NCBI GenBank assembly: GCA_002269645.1
Contig: NIVC01000010.1
Location: 2,046,001 to 2,110,000, forward strand
Source of the DNA: Macrostomum lignano
Lineage: Eukaryota
Direction: 5' to 3'
DNA: 64,000 nucleotides
Shown here: positions 48,850-61,575 of the stretch, in pieces
How the letters are laid out: every line of letters begins with the position of its first letter
Numbering within the stretch: the stretch's first letter is position 1
The notes under the pieces: generated by a model
Seen by the model: only the letters and a program-made list of their open reading frames with translations
The model's database searches: none
What the model was told of the DNA's origin: nothing
Translations under genes and position numbers: made by a program

Positions 48850-49212
48850 ATTTTGCACCCTGTGCTAGATTTCAGGGTGCAATTTTCAAGACCAGGATGC
48901 TATTTGCACCCATTTGCACAAAAAACCCAGGCTATCCACCATTCAGTATTCAATTCATTAGGTTCTGCTTACCAAAATTTAATCGACTGTTGACAATTCC
49001 TAGAATTACATTAATTAAGGATTCAAAAAATTACTGGCTAATTCTAAGAATACAAAGTTATGGACTTAAGACATCCATAACACAAAATTGTGAAATCCAC
49101 ATCACATCCTTTGCAAAAAATTCTAGTGTGCTTTTTGCACCTTGAGTCAAATTTCAGGGTGCAATTTTTAAGACCAGGATACTATTTGCACCCATTTGCA
49201 CAAAAAACCCAC
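48850..49212. repeat. ~80-bp direct repeat (ATTTCAGGGTGCAATTTT.AAGACCAGGAT.CTATTTGCACCCATTTGCACAAAAAACCC) at ~48850-48930 and ~49130-49212
   Basis: Two near-identical copies ~280 bp apart. Origin unknown, possibly a transposon remnant. Confidence 0.7.
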
Positions 49213-49915
49213 AAAATAGATAGATTTGAATAACAAATCATAACTAAAGATGACTATTAGATCTAAAACTATGACTTTGAATATAAGCAAGATCCATTAA
49301 ATGGCAATGCTCTAGGGAAGGGGCTTCTGCAAGTTCAAGCAAGCAAAGTCAACTAGCAAGATCTTGGGCTATTTATTCTAGGACTTTTAGGGGATCTTAT
49401 TTGCTAGGTATCTGCCTGTGGAACATATTGTAACAGGTGTCTAGTATGCTAAACAGCTAGATAGGCTTTGCCAAGCAGATGTCTAGAAAAGATAGAGGAA
49501 GCTAAGTGCTAGTTTGTTATTACCCTATTGGAATAAATGGACAAAAGACTTGACTGTCTATTGCAATTTCAGAATGTTCTAATGTCACATTGCAATTGGA
49601 GTCAAGGCAGGTGATTTTGCAGCGCAATGCAGTTTTGGGTAAATAGCAAGAGTAACTATGACTGTCTTATTAATGCTAAATGCCTCATCATCTAATAAGT
49701 ACTCTGCCTATATTTGGTAGGAAAGTTAATATGTTCTGTGTTGTGTCACATTTTTGAGCTACAATTTTACAATGGTTTTCTATACTTATTCTAATAGGGT
49801 GCTATTGCTTTGACAATGCCCCAGCACTTAAACTACCAAGGTTGCAATGAATGCTAATACTATTCTATAGTTTGAAAGGCGACATGTATGACAGGATTTC
49901 CTAGTGTACAACAAG

Positions 49916-50207
49916 CATACATGCGCAACAGTCGGCCGAGTCAGCCAATCTGGCCAATTTGGCGGCCAACCATGGAAGTCGCAAAAATGCCCACCCAAAA
50001 ACGCCAAAGTAGTAGTACTAAATAGCTGACGAGGCATTTCGGCTTTATAAGACAGTTATAATTACTCCTGCCGTTTACCCAAAGTTGCATTAATTTTGCT
50101 TTAGGGTTTTTTTATATGTAAGTTGCATTTTTGGCCAAAAACCATGTCACATTTTTGTTAAAACTAAGTCGCATGGCCAACCAAATTTTGGAGGTTGAGC
50201 ATGTATT
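49916..50207 (-). mobile_element. Second copy of the CATACATGCGCAAC MITE family
   Basis: TIR CATACATGCGCAAC / GTTGAGCATGTAT. 8-bp duplication ACAACAAG at 49908-49915 and 50208-50215. Internal sequence is the reverse complement of 43420-43680. Confidence 0.82.
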
Positions 50208-50727
50208 ACAACAAGGGTCTTATCATTTTTCAGTGTACATTAAAGTATATCTCGGCATATATGACACAGCAGATACATTATGCCAAATAACAATTTTTTG
50301 CATTGGCGCACAAACCTGGCATACAAACGAGGTCTTATTATTTTTTTGGCATTAAAGCCACTGTACACTAACTAATACATGATCTGAACTATGGATACTA
50401 CTGTGGGGTTTGAAATCTCCATCTAGCCTATTTACCAGATTTATCCAATTTTTATCTATTCTATTAGCTTAAGTGGCCATTCTATAGGCACTACTTTGAA
50501 TCCAACAGAGGTCATTAGCCTTGCTAACTAATGGCTAGAAGACCAACTGGCCAAGTTCTGCACTAGTAATATCTAGGAATTGTATAACTAATTTGCAAAA
50601 GTACATTGATTGCCAGGGAGACTATGTTGAAAAAATGCAACATTATTCAAAGATTTCAACTCTAGTTATATAAAACAAAAAACTTTTCAAATATCATCAT
50701 ATATATAAATAACACAAGGGTTTAGAT

Positions 50728-51183
50728 CAATGTTCCCACTTAGCAACTTTCATTTTTTGTACCAAGCTATTCATTTTCATGCCATGGATATTTTTTGCGC
50801 CATGATCCCTCTTTACCCCTAAGACTCTAATGCAGTGTGATGCCTATTGAGATTTTTATTTAAACTCGAATACCTAACATCCAGGGACCTCAATCATAAA
50901 TCATCCAATTTTGGATAAGATAAAACACTACAACTTGGCAAAAATGGGTCAAAAAATGGCAACAACAGCATGGGCATCAGACTATTAATTTTTCTAAATC
51001 AATACTGCAATTATAAAACATAATAGTTTCTAAAAAAGCATCCAAAAATGTGAAAAAGGGTTATAATTTAGGCATGAATTTTCCACATTTTCAGATTTGC
51101 ACCAAACCTTATTAATTGCGCATTTGTGTCATATTGCCTCATTTTTGGGCATGATACAAATTTGCACCAGAGTGGGAACACTG
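50728..51183. mobile_element. hAT-type MITE
   Basis: TIRs CAATGTTCCCACT / AGTGGGAACACTG. Perfect 8-bp TSD GTTTAGAT at 50720-50727 and 51184-51191. Confidence 0.88.
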
Positions 51184-52872
51184 GTTTAGATCTCATTGCA
51201 TGATAGTAAGATCTTTTATATATAAGGATATTTAAACCATTAAAATAGCATTTTTAGAATATAAGTTAAGGTTAAAGTTTTAAAACCTTTTTTTAAGTAT
51301 TTAATATAAAGCATATAGGTAGGGCCTATAAAATATTCATATATGTTTTAAGCATATAGGTGCAATAGGCTTTGTTTTTTAGTAAACACATTTTTATATT
51401 TCTAAGAAACTTATAAAATTTGAAAGCTATAACTTTGTTATGTTGAATGAATATTGGAAATATTTGGCATATTTAGTATATTTTTATACAATGATTTGTT
51501 TAAAACAGTAATGAAATTTTTACTATAAATAAGGGCCATCTGAGGGCCTGACCAAAATATAGTGGTGTGTGTGTATGTTTCTTGCCTTCAAGCTCAAGCT
51601 TTGATTGTGCTAACCTGCTTATTTTGCATAAAATTTATCAGCCTTGGGCTTATAATCACTTGTGTTACTTATTTTGAGTAGTAGATAGTGACTTAGAAAT
51701 AACCCTAGAATTGGGAGGATTCAGCCCATTCTTAGAAGAATGAGATATCCAGATTAGAATCTGAGAAATCACCTTTAGAAGGCAGAAACCCTACCATAGG
51801 GTAGAGAGATCTTGACACAGAGTCTGAGAAACCCACCTCAGGGCAGAACACCCAGCAAAAAAGCTGTGACCCTCTGATCCCAGTAATAGTAATACCCAGA
51901 CTGAAAGAAACCTTCCTAGAGGAAAGAACTAAAAATATATAGAATAGAATTAGAAAAATAGTGCCATTAGACCATTCAGGCTAAAATTATATATGCTACT
52001 AGTAAAAGTACATACACTACTAGTAAAAGGATATATGCTACCAGTAAGTATACAAGTACAGGTATCAGGTAATAACCAATAAAATCTAGTAAGAAATAAC
52101 CCTAGTACAAATTTAGTAACAATAGGATAGAGTAAACCCTGTTACAACTTGGTGGCAGCAAGTAAGATTAAACAGTAAAGGAAATAGAGTCCTTCTACAA
52201 CTTTGGTGGCTAATTAGTGGGATTTAGTATCATACAAGAAAAATACTAGCATAACTTTAGTAGCAACAGTAGGATAATTACAGTGAGAACAAGCAGCCCT
52301 AATACATAGGTATCTAACAAACTTGTAAAATGAGTAAATTTTAGTAGTAACTAGAAATCTAGTTCCCCTTTATAAAGTGGCCAATAAGCAAAGGATAAAA
52401 ATAATTTATAAAAGTCCTATTTGCCTTGACATCTTAATAATTTTACCTAAGCTTTAAAATCTATGCAATTCTCTCCCAAGGCCAAGCCTTAAAATCTTAG
52501 CAATGCCTTCCAAGCCCTGCTATCTTAACAATTTTTCTTATAAGCATGAAAATAACTTTGGCTAATTGTTTTTAAAGACATTAAAATATATGCATGATGA
52601 TTTACTTAACCTTATCCCTTAGTCAGCCACCATATAATCCAGTTTGCAACAATCCTATAATTTTGCTTTCTAATATAGAGACACCCTATTTTAATTATAA
52701 ACATTTTAACTTTGTCATTGGTTTTAATATTGATAAAAACTAATTGGCCAAAGTTATATATATATCTATAATAAGTCTTAATATATTAGCAGTTAGCAAT
52801 TGCAATTCTCTTAATAAGCCTTGAAATCTTAACAATTTCCCAAATAAGCCTTGGCATTTGACATATTTAAAT

Positions 52873-53526
52873 GGGTACTAGTCGTTTCAGTGACAAGACA
52901 TTTCGGTGACAGACAAATAGTCGTTTCAGTCACAAGTTGCTATTGTGATAGACACACTTTATTTTAAATGAAAAATCTAAGATTTCATGAGTATTGTCAT
53001 TTTAGTGATAAGAGACATTTCATAATATTCAGTTGTAGTTATTTTGTTAAGATTTATGTTTCATAATATATTTAAATTTTCATTAAAAGAATATATTAAA
53101 GAAAAGAAATCAAACCAATTATATTGTTTTCTTCCTATGCAGATCATTTTGAATTGTTCCAGAGTATTCAGACACATAAACCATAAACCTATAGAGAATC
53201 CTCATGAAATGCAGACCACGAGAAATGCGGAGATATTCACTCGTCGACGCTTTTGCATGTTTAAATTGGAAAACATAATTCAAAAGACTGGCACAACTCT
53301 ATAATTGTAAATAAACAAAATTAAATATAGAAATAGGCCCTACTTAATTGTTTAAAAAATTATTAAATTTTAGGCTCAATATCCCTTAAGATTTTCGAAG
53401 TAATTTTCTGTTTAAAAACAGAATGGCTATAACTAAAATTGTATTTTTCTTGTCACTGAAATGACTTTTGCTTGTCACCAAAAGGACTGTCACCAAAACG
53501 TCTTGTCACCGAAATGACTGTAATCC
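52873..53526. mobile_element. MULE-like non-autonomous element
   Basis: GG...CC ends, long imperfect TIRs with GTCRTTTCRGTGACAAGACRTTT subrepeats, and duplication ATTTAAAT at 52865-52872 and 53527-53534. Confidence 0.75.
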
Positions 53527-53604
53527 ATTTAAATGATGCAACTTTTATGTTTAACATATAATAAAAGCTTTTAATAAAAAGTGCATGCTATAAAGATTTG
53601 AATC

Positions 53605-55330
53605 GGCTACAGGTCAAAAGGGCGACAGATCAAAAGGGCGACAGTTAAAAGGGCGACAGTCAAAAGGGCGACAGTCAAAAGGGCGACAGTTACAGTGTAT
53701 TTATATTGAAAATACGAGTTCCACGTACATTAAAAGTATTTGTTAAAAGCAGTAAACATGTATCATACTTGTATTTGTTAAAATGCGTTGTTAAAATTGT
53801 ACGAGCAGTTAAAATGGGGTTGTATAAAAGCTGGACACGTATTGGACTCACTATTAAATGTTAAAATGTGGTTCAGTGAGGTCCATTTATTTCACTAACC
53901 GCCTTCAGTAGATCATCCGCCGAGCGGTTGCCACGCCTGAATTCTCTCCAGTATTTGAAGTACTGGGCCTGCATGCTTCGGTATCTGTTGCGCTGTACGC
54001 GGCGCATTACTCCTTGGGAGAGGAGGTGCACCTCTACGGGGATCATTCGCGCTTCATTGAATAGGAGCTTGATGAGCAGGTAGAATTGGATGTTTCCTCG
54101 CTGGGCTCTGTAGTTTAGAGCGCGATGCCAGCTCTCTAAGTCGTTTTTTTCATTTTTTCATAACTTCACCTGTCTGTATAAGGAGATGTCATGGACGTTC
54201 CAGATGGAGCTGGTGATCCACGTCACTTGGACATAGTCGCACAGGGCAGACAGGAGAGGTGTTAGAGTAGTCTCAACGCGGAGACGGTAAAATGTCATCG
54301 CGATATGCTGAGGTGGCAGGAAGGGGAGCGCCATCAGCTTTCGGCAGAATCGCTGAGTTCCATCATCGTCACAGTATGCTGGCTGCAAGCCTAGCTGCTG
54401 AATGTGACGCCAAACAGCCTGCGTGTAGTGGAAGACACATCCGCGAATAGATGCTTGTGGGAAGACAGTTCGGATGGCTCTCCAAACTGCAGCCTCAAAG
54501 TCAACGACAAAGCCCTCTGGTTTCGCGTGCGGGACGATGGCCTTAAGTGCCTTGCATGTATACATGTAGGAAGGAATTATGACAATGGTTAGCTTTTACT
54601 TCTCATTCTTTTCATTCTACATGTACATGTATACATGTAATTTTCTTACCTCAAGTACTTGCTGGTAATCTTCGCGGCTTTTTCCAGACATGAATACAAA
54701 GGCAAGTGGGACTTGTTTCATGCTGTCTCCATTAGAGATGAACGCGTGAATCGAATAAAGCTGCTGAAATGGCTGTTGGATGACATTGAAAGTGCCATCC
54801 ATATACCACCATGTGGCTCGTATCAACAGCGATAGCATGTCATCTGTAGCGAAGATGATGTGGCGACGGCCATTCACATGAATGTCGCTACGGAGAAAGT
54901 TGTTGGGAATGGCATTCATGTCAATGTCAAAGTCGATTGTGTCGGTTGTGGTGACTGTGGCCTTTGGTGAAGGTGTCACCCTTTTGAACCACTGTGGCGC
55001 CACAGTGTGCTTTGCACTGCGAGCATCGCCAGTATGTGTTGTTGCCACGAGTCCGTGACACACCAAAGCTGTACTGACCATCCACGATTAATACATCTTT
55101 CTTCTTGTTTGAGCCATCACGAATCAGTTCAAAATCTGCAATCTCCCGTGCTGTGATCTCCCGAGGAGCTGGATCTCGAATGCTTATGCCAGTGTCCGTT
55201 GGCACACCATCCTGACTGACATCATTTCCATCCACATGGGGCAAGTAAGGACGACTGCAAAGCACATATTGGCATTGCGCTGAATTTGGTTTCACCATTA
55301 TATAGAGCTGAGACAAATCCATGCTATAAA
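53605..55330 (-). mobile_element. Decayed Mutator-like (FLYWCH + MULE) transposon
   Basis: FLYWCH-like LIVDGQYSF...NTYWRC (55322-54927); MULE domain WYMDGTFN...QLYSIH...PLAFVFMSGKSREDY, VDFEAA...IRGCVFHYTQA and NDLESWHRALN. Phase-0 intron at 54649-54552, a frameshift near 55000 and an in-frame TGA at ~54158. One terminus has GGCTACAGG plus (TCAAAAGGGCGACAG)n at 53605-53690; the other end was not found. Confidence 0.85.
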
Positions 55331-56534
55331 AAACGATTTATTATTAGTGAGCTTTTCAATTCATTTGCATGTACCTTTTTAGAAAATAAAGACCGCGCGT
55401 GTCTCTATATGGCTGGTAATCTCAGGCCTCGCCGAACGATTATCACGGTTGAAAATCTTGTCCAGCTTCCTGTTGACACAGAGAACGCCAGTTAGTTTAT
55501 CATCAAGATCATTGCTAAAGTCGAACGGTGCCGACGATGAGTTTATCGTTCAGAGAGGTCCCCGAGGTTTACCATATGTCCAATAAACCATTGCTTATAT
55601 GGAAAAGCTCTTGCACATGAATCGCTATAGGCCGTAGTTCTGCTCATGTCTTGCTTAGACATTTATGTATCGGAATGGCTTCAAGAAAATTTTGTTTACC
55701 TGGGTAATATCGAGACCATGATCATGTCAAAAAACGTTCGCAATTGACGCACGTGCTGGGGGGCTATACTTTGGTGCTAGGATGTTATTTCAACCCATTT
55801 GAATACATGAATTTTGGACGCACAAGGGCAAATACATTAGGAAGGATAACAGCAGATAAACTGGAGAGTATAAGTCACTTACCTTACAGTCGCCATGACT
55901 AGGACTATGCTAAGAGTCACACTGAAACTAGCAAATACAATGCAAATAGGACAAGTGTTTCTGATGATGAAGATCGCAAACCTGACTCTACAGCATGACA
56001 AACAATTAAGCTAATTGGTTTGAGAAAAAATTTCTCATTGGAACAAAATTCTGAGTAAATTTAGTAGCAAGATTACACTCTGGCGACTGTTGTCTGTGGA
56101 ATAGGCATGACTGCTGCCTCCTACTGTATGGATAACATTTTGCTACACTGCATGATGATTGAACAGAGAAAGTAAGCATTTGATAATCCGAACTACGATG
56201 TGCTACTAAGTCAGATTATATAATTGGGTAGCTCGTAGAGGCGTGAGTTGGATGCCCCACTGAGAATGAGGCGCGACTTATAACACCGGGAATGTTACAG
56301 GGAGAGAAAGGCCGGTTAGCCTTGCAAAGTGTGTTTGAATATCTTTTTGATGCATAAAAACTTTCGGCCCACTTCCCACTTCCGGCTGTGAGCTGGTAGT
56401 AAAGGGATGATCATCCCATTTTCAAGATCGTATATTTCAGTTGTCGCTAAGTGACAAAACAACACATCCTAAATACGCAAACTTGTTCCCAGCTAAATTA
56501 ATTGTTTCCTAAGATTTCATTTCTTGTTTATCTT

Positions 56535-57239
56535 TCAGTACTTCTTGACGAACTTGGCCCAGCTCGGATCGGTCTCGATGGCGTCGCCGACGCTCGAGTC
56601 AGCGAAGTCCAGCATGCGGCAGTCACCGCTGGCCCGGTTGAACAGGACGGCCCGGCACTCCCAGCGCTGCACGCAGAGCCACAGGCAGTGAAACTCCGAG
56701 CTCACCGAGGCGTCAGTGTAGCAGTAGACAGGGCTGATGTTGCCCAGCTTCAGGAACTCCTCTCGTCGAAGGTACTCGCTGTTGGGCGTCGCGATCGGCT
56801 GGCAGACGAATCTTTTGCTCGAATTCGGGCGTCTGTCTCGCAAGCCTGCCTTGGTGACCCCTACAAAGTCATCGTCTACCGAACCGCTGTTTGGCATGTC
56901 AGTCTTCCAGTCGCTGTCATTCAAAGTCGGAAACAGCGAGCCGTTGGTGAATCTCCAGCCACTGCGAGACGTGCCCGCCTCAACCAGGAGGTCCGTCACT
57001 CCGATGTAGTAATAATCAAGCCAATGATTGACGGCTCGAATGGCAGTCAGGTCCATCAGCAGCTCTCCGCCGATGCTCAGGCACAGCCTGGCTGCGTCGC
57101 ACCAGCTGGAAACGCTGAGGTTGTAGCCGGGGTACACGCAGCTGCCCAGCCTGTCGATGAACGGAGCGATGCAGGCGCCAGAGTCAAGAGCTGCCAGTCC
57201 CGCAAACAGCGTCAGCTTGAGCAGCAGTTTCGGTAGCAT
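56535..57239 (-). CDS. Secreted C-type lectin-like + PAN/apple domain protein, 234 aa, single exon
   Basis: Hydrophobic N-terminus (signal peptide); CTLD-like C..SWCDAARLCLSIGGEL...YYIGVTD...WRFTNG...W...PN...FVCQ; PAN-like C...SEFHCLWLCVQRWECRAVLFNRASGDCRM. Confidence 0.8.
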   Translation of the reverse strand: MLPKLLLKLTLFAGLAALDSGACIAPFIDRLGSCVYPGYNLSVSSWCDAARLCLSIGGELLMDLTAIRAVNHWLDYYYIGVTDLLVEAGTSRSGWRFTNGSLFPTLNDSDWKTDMPNSGSVDDDFVGVTKAGLRDRRPNSSKRFVCQPIATPNSEYLRREEFLKLGNISPVYCYTDASVSSEFHCLWLCVQRWECRAVLFNRASGDCRMLDFADSSVGDAIETDPSWAKFVKKY

Positions 57240-57555
57240 CAGCGAGTCTCAAGTCGGTGTAGCGTGGAGCAGCTTAATTTGTGAGCAAGTTGAAATTTTC
57301 TTAGTTGCCAACTGGAGGTAATTCTGCAAAATTTGAGCCCTATAAATCTATAGCTTAGTCTGTACCGCCTGCATTTATAGAGAGCTGCAGCAGCCAATGA
57401 CTCGTAGCGAACCAACCGTCGATCCAGTGCAGCAGCGCCGACTTCGGAGACTGGCTTTGAACGATGCAAATAGCTTCCACAGCATACTCACCTCTACACG
57501 TACGAGCGTTGCTATGATGAAAAAGTAGAGAAATTGAAATTTTATAGGAGACTAA

Positions 57556-59854
57556 TAATAATAATAATAATAGTTACACCCCACGCCAGCCACGGGAGTG
57601 GCCAAGAGGGGGGAGCGTCAAATCGCGCGTTTCAGAGCTAGGGTCTCTAACGTGCTTCACACCGGCCGCCTGGCTGGGTGTTCGCGCATCTTCAAAAAGG
57701 CGGTCGACGTAGCGGGCTGATCGCCCTGGCCACGCCTGCGCGGTCCCTGCGGGGTCCACAGCAGGACGTCCTGCAGCGGCTCTGGGCAGTAGGCTTCGGC
57801 CCGGGTGACATGTCCGGCAAGCCGCGGGCGCCGCTGACTCAGCAGGGCAGAAGGCCGCGTCAGGCCTGTGCGCTTGTACAGGGACTCGGTTGTCTCGCTG
57901 CCAGAGCCGCGGCGGGCGCCGAAAGCGGCGCGAACTAGGGCCGCATGTGCCGCGTCAAGCTGCGCCTCAAGCGCCCCGGTCAGCGTCCAGGTCCCAGAAT
58001 TGTACAGCTGGGCGGTCTTAACAACCGCCTGGAACAGCTGAGACCTGGCGCCGTCGGACAGGGCCTCGGAGAGCAGCACCGCCCGCACAGATCGAAAGGC
58101 AGCCCAGGCCTTGCCGCGCCGTCTGGCCAGGTCGTCGCCGACGTCAGGCACCAGTCCGCCGAGGTAGACGAACTGAAGGCACTTCGGGAGCGCCGTCCTG
58201 GGGCCGTCACCGTCTCGAAGTCGAATCTCGGCGGGTAGTAGCAGCGGCACCGTCAGCACCTCGGTCTTCCTGGCGTTGATGACGAGACCGACTCTCGCCG
58301 CCGCCGCAGTCAGGCTGTCCAGCAGCCGTTGGGCGCCTTCGGCCGTCGAAGATAGCAGGGCGAGGTCGTCCGCGTAGCCGAGGACAGACAGTTTCTTCTC
58401 CGGGTGCCTTCTACTGGTGCGCCTTTGCAGCAGAAAGCCGTCCTCTGTTGTCGGCAGGCCGGTTCTGAGCACCCAGTCCATCACCAGCACGAAGAGAAAG
58501 GGCGCCAGAGTGTCACCCTGTAGCACTCCGGAGGTCCTGCTAAACAGGTCCGACGGTCCGTCTGGCGTCGCTACCACGGCGGTGGTGTCCTGATACAGCG
58601 CCATGATGGCGGAGATCAGCTGCTGCGGCACGTTGTAGGCACGGAGCACGTGAGGCAGCGCGCCGCGCGCCACCGAGTCGAAGGCCTTAAGGAAGTCAAC
58701 AAAGATGACGATAAGGCTTGACTGGTGGATGCGCGCCTCCTCGATGATGCGGCGGAGGGCCAGGATCTGCGTCACCGTACCGCGATGGGGGCGGAACCCA
58801 TTCTGCTCGTACTGCAGGAACGAGTCCAGCACGGGCTGTAACCGTGCTAATAGCACCCGGTTGAACAGCTTCGCGGTACAGGACATGAGCGAGATTCCAC
58901 GATGCTCCTCCTTCCGTGTAGTGCCCGGCTTCTTTGGGATGCCGACGATGTTGGCCTGCGTCCACTCGCGGGGCGCGGGGCCTCCCGCCAGGACGCCGTT
59001 CCTCACGCGGGCCACCTCAGTGGCAACCCTTGTGAGTCGCAGCGCCTCGACGGGGACCTCGTCCGGGCCGGGGGCGCGGCCTCCCGGAGCCCTGCGGGCG
59101 AATTCCACGACGTCGGTGCTGGTCACAGGACGGGTGTCGAAGTTCTTCCTGCCGCGGCGGCGCCACCTCGAGGGGCAGCAGCATCTCGTTCGGCAGAGTC
59201 GGCGGCGGCGCGTTGACAAGGGCGGCGAAGAAGGTGCGCAGCTCGTTTCTGCGCTCTTCGGCCGTGTCGCCAGCCAGGTTGAGCGCCGTCTTCTTTTTGC
59301 GACCGGTTAGGGCGTTCACGACCGGCCAGACGACCTTGTTCTGCCGTTCAGGCCCGACTTAGGCGACTGCCCTGATTGCATCGTCAACAGCGGCTTGTTG
59401 TCGACTAGCGTAGGCGTCTGCCAGGGCTTTCACGGCATCGGATGATCGGATGTCGGTCGCCTGGCTCGTCGCAGCTGCTGGACTGTGCGGCGGGCTTCCC
59501 GTACCTCCGGGTCGCTCGCCCAAACCGGAAGTTGCCGTGACGCGGGCTCCATAAGCGGCAGAGTTTTGGCAACGGCAGTGGTGATGGCTGAGCTGATGGT
59601 GGTGTAGTCTGGCGCCTGCGCGGATCCCAGGGCAGTCGTGAAGGTGTACGCAAAGTTGCTGCGGGTACCGGGGTCTTGCAAGGCGCGGAAAAGTCTTCTC
59701 CTAGGGTGTTTTGGTGGCCTGTACAGCGGGTCAGAGATCCTCAGGTCGCAGTAGAGAAGGCGATGGTCGGACCGGAGAGCCAGGGGTTCCACTGTGTCAC
59801 AGTTCTGCAGCCGACTGCGTTCGCGGTGTCGAACCAGCACGTGGTCAAACTCTA
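57556..59854 (-). mobile_element. 5'-truncated RTE-clade non-LTR retrotransposon (end of the APE endonuclease + RT), with frameshifts
   Basis: RT motifs KAFDSV, GVLQGDTLAPFLF and YADDLALL; APE end DHVLV...SDHRLL; (TTA)n 3' tail; 10-bp TSD AGGAGACTAA at 57546-57555 and 59855-59864. Confidence 0.92.
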
Positions 59855-59921
59855 AGGAGACTAACAAAATAAATACAGCAAGTCCAGATAAGAGCGAAGT
59901 ATTAAAACATCTCAAAAGAAG

Positions 59922-60255
59922 GGGGGTCGTAGCCCAGTGGTCCTGCGCGGCGCTCTGATGTGCCAGCGGCCCAGGCTCGATTCCAAGTGCAGTCACATTA
60001 ATTTGGGGCTAAATTGGAATCTCGGCTTGGCTCTGCTCGTGCAATTAGCGCCTTTGAGGCCCAACACCCAAGGCACAGTGAAGTGTACATGCCTAACGAT
60101 AAAGTTAGGGCCCCTGTACACTCCTGTGTGAGTGTGTGCCTGTGCGTATGACTGCGTACGTATCCGCGCGCTTGTGTGCCTGCTCAGGGGAGTCGGCGGA
60201 ATGGGCAGTAATGCCCCTCGCCGGTTGTGTGACAATGTCGCTTAAAGTGCACAAA
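59922..60255 (+). mobile_element. tRNA-derived SINE, apparently full-length head plus body
   Basis: A box TAGCCCAGTGG (59930-59940) and B box GGCTCGATTCC (59974-59984). The body is repeated at 20395-20600. Confidence 0.75.
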
Positions 60256-60939
60256 GGTGCACACAGCCCCTTGCCTCTAACTAAAAAAATTCTACATGGC
60301 AAAGTTCGAAGTACAACAGCCAAGTTCTAATGCAAGACACAAATAGTGTTAGCCAAACAGCAGCCCATGCAGTTTCCAGCTTTAGAGGGCCCGATCAATG
60401 ACCGAGCAGCACGTTCGATGCCGTGCGGTACATTGACTCGAATTCGCTAGGGTAAAATTCGGGCTGCCGCCCCTTTGGTGACGCCACCATCCGATAGCGC
60501 ACTCAAGATGGCTCCTCCTTCTGCAGTTGCCCCGCGATTTTAAAATCTTGCTTTCTACTCTAGTTTATCTGTCAATTGTCAGATGCCATGGAGTGCCACT
60601 TTAAAACTGTGGGTGGTTCACGAGTAGCTCATATCGTTAATTCAGCCAAAATTCAGACGAAGCTCAAGTGGAGAAGCAAGTACTCAGTCAAATTTTCTGT
60701 GTGGTGCTTCAACAGAGAAATATTTTTGTCGCACAGAGTCAACAAGAATTGCTAGCTTAAAAGACAGTTGCACCATCCTTGAAAATCGACTAAGGGACGC
60801 CAGGTAAAAAAGGGGGTACCAGCTACAGAGGGGGGCACAGAGGGAGCGGTGCTAATATTGCGAGTAGTATAGTATGTGTTTTTTGCGACAATGCATCCAA
60901 AAACGATCTTAATTTGCACGATAAATACTCATGTCAACC

Positions 60940-61575
60940 GAAAAGAAGCGTCATGTCAAACATAAAAGAAGCGTCGTCAAACATAAAAGAAGCGTCATGT
61001 CAAGCATAAAAGAAGCGTCATGTCAAACATAAAAGAAGCGTCATGTCAAACATAAAAGAAGCGTCATGTCAAACATAAAAGAAGCGTCATGTCAAACATA
61101 AAAGAAGCGTCGTCAAACGTAAAAGAAGCGTCATGTCAAACATAAAAGAAGCGTCATGTCAAACATAAAAGAAGCGTCGTCAAACGTAAAAGAAGCGTCA
61201 TGTCAAACATAAAAGAAGCGTCATGTCAAACATAAAAGAAGCGTCGTCAAACGTAAAAGAAGTGTCATGTCAAACATAAAAGAAGCGTCATGTCAAACAT
61301 AAAAGAAGCGTCGTCAAACGTAAAAGAAGTGTCATGTCAAACATAAAAGAAGCGTCATGTCAAACATAAAAGAAGCGTCGTCAAACGTAAAAGAAGCGTC
61401 ATGTCAAAAATAAAAGAAGCGTCGTCAAACATAAAAGAAGCGTCATGTCAAACGTAAAAGAAGCGTCATGTCAAACGTAAAAGAAGCGTCATGTCAATCG
61501 TAAAAGAAGTGTCATGTCAATCAAAAAAGAAGCGTCATGTCAATCAAAAAAGAAGCATCATGTCAATCAAAAAAG
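60940..61575. repeat. 23-bp minisatellite AAAGAAGCGTCATGTCAAACATA (20-bp variants), ~27 copies
   Basis: Directly visible. Confidence 0.95.

Noticed and set aside
57657-59219. Intact autonomous reverse transcriptase gene or a retron-like system
   Set aside because: It is a 5'-truncated, frameshifted RTE LINE copy with TSD and tail, not a host gene or a prokaryotic RT system.
59922-59990. Possible tRNA genes (also 13960-14025 and 33680-33745 on the minus strand)
   Set aside because: A/B boxes are present but I cannot fold a proper cloverleaf with acceptor stem, and two of the three are attached to repeated SINE bodies. tRNAscan-SE would settle it.
8860-61575. CRISPR-like appearance of the 21-45-bp tandem arrays
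   Set aside because: Units are head-to-tail with no unique spacers, there are no cas genes, and the context is eukaryotic introns.
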